A stretch of 13,442 bases of DNA from a virus: positions 1-13,442 of the IMG/VR virus record IMGVR_UViG_3300045988_156009, one strand, 5' to 3'. This document shows positions 13,142 to 13,442 of the stretch, one piece after another. Numbering within the stretch: the first letter of the stretch is position 1; each line of letters begins with the position of its first letter. The position numbers and the translations under genes were made by a program. The notes beneath the pieces were generated by a model. The model saw only the letters and a list, made by a program, of their open reading frames with translations, was not told the DNA's origin and made no database searches.

Positions 13142-13415
13142 TTCCTTTCTGGTTTGTTGAGGTTTTCCTTCCCCTTTACACATATATAACACGATTCGTT
13201 ATTAATGTACATACCCTGTTAGTTGAGTTGTGAGGACAATTTTCTCTACTGACGGGAAAGGTATAGAATGGTTGCGCGATACAATGTGCAATTGTAGACG
13301 TGACAAGCGGTGCTTGTGGCAATAGATGGATACCAGAAACGACATGACAAGGAGCAGTTGTTTGTCGAATCTGGTCATGGGGAACTGGGTGACAATTTTC
13401 TGTTGTTACCTTCCC
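13142..13415. repeat. Right inverted terminal repeat (ITR)
   Basis: Reverse complement of 28..303. Positions 13198..13415 are identical to 28..245, and 13142..13197 are a diverged copy. Confidence 0.9.
13183..13211 (-). promoter_or_regulatory. Putative inward-facing early promoter in the inner part of the right ITR
   Basis: On the minus strand: TGTACA (13211..13206), a 17-nt spacer, then TGtTATATA (hexamer 13188..13183). It is the mirror copy of the left element, with a slightly different -10. Confidence 0.4.
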
Positions 13416-13442
13416 AGATCGGAAGAGCACACGTCTGAACTC
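13416..13442. other. Illumina TruSeq-type adapter remnant (technical sequence, not biological)
   Basis: AGATCGGAAGAGCACACGTCTGAACTC is the canonical adapter read-through sequence and the reverse complement of 1..27. Confidence 0.95.

Overview
This window is an essentially complete linear genome of a very small phi29-like, protein-primed podophage, not a chromosomal fragment. 27-nt Illumina adapter remnants sit at both ends (1..27 and 13416..13442), so the trimmed genome is 13,388 bp. It is bounded by ~275-bp inverted terminal repeats: 218 bp are identical and the inner ~58 bp have diverged. One small gene at the left end reads rightward; every other gene is on the minus strand. Reading from the right end, the order is as follows. 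First come an early cassette of small ORFs, a ribbon-helix-helix regulator, a candidate terminal protein and a family-B protein-primed DNA polymerase. Next are a gp5-like SSB (own consensus promoter and terminator) and a gp16-like packaging ATPase. A consensus promoter with a GC-rich structured leader RNA follows, then a BhlA-like holin, an NlpC/P60 endolysin and a (Pro-Ala)n scaffold-like protein. The structural genes close the series: major capsid, tail lysozyme, gp9-like tail knob, gp10-like portal, putative lower collar and tail fiber. Strong GGAGG Shine-Dalgarno sites, frequent GTG/TTG starts and the lysis genes suggest a Firmicutes host. No tRNA, integrase, CRISPR or lysogeny module was seen. 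All homology statements rest on motif recognition by eye, not database searches. The most interesting unexplained element is a ~78-nt three-way-junction RNA (8001..8078, minus strand). It starts at the predicted transcription start of a near-consensus promoter immediately downstream of the packaging ATPase gene. It carries a bulge and a hairpin loop that are mutually complementary (CACC/GGUG), an architecture reminiscent of phi29 pRNA.
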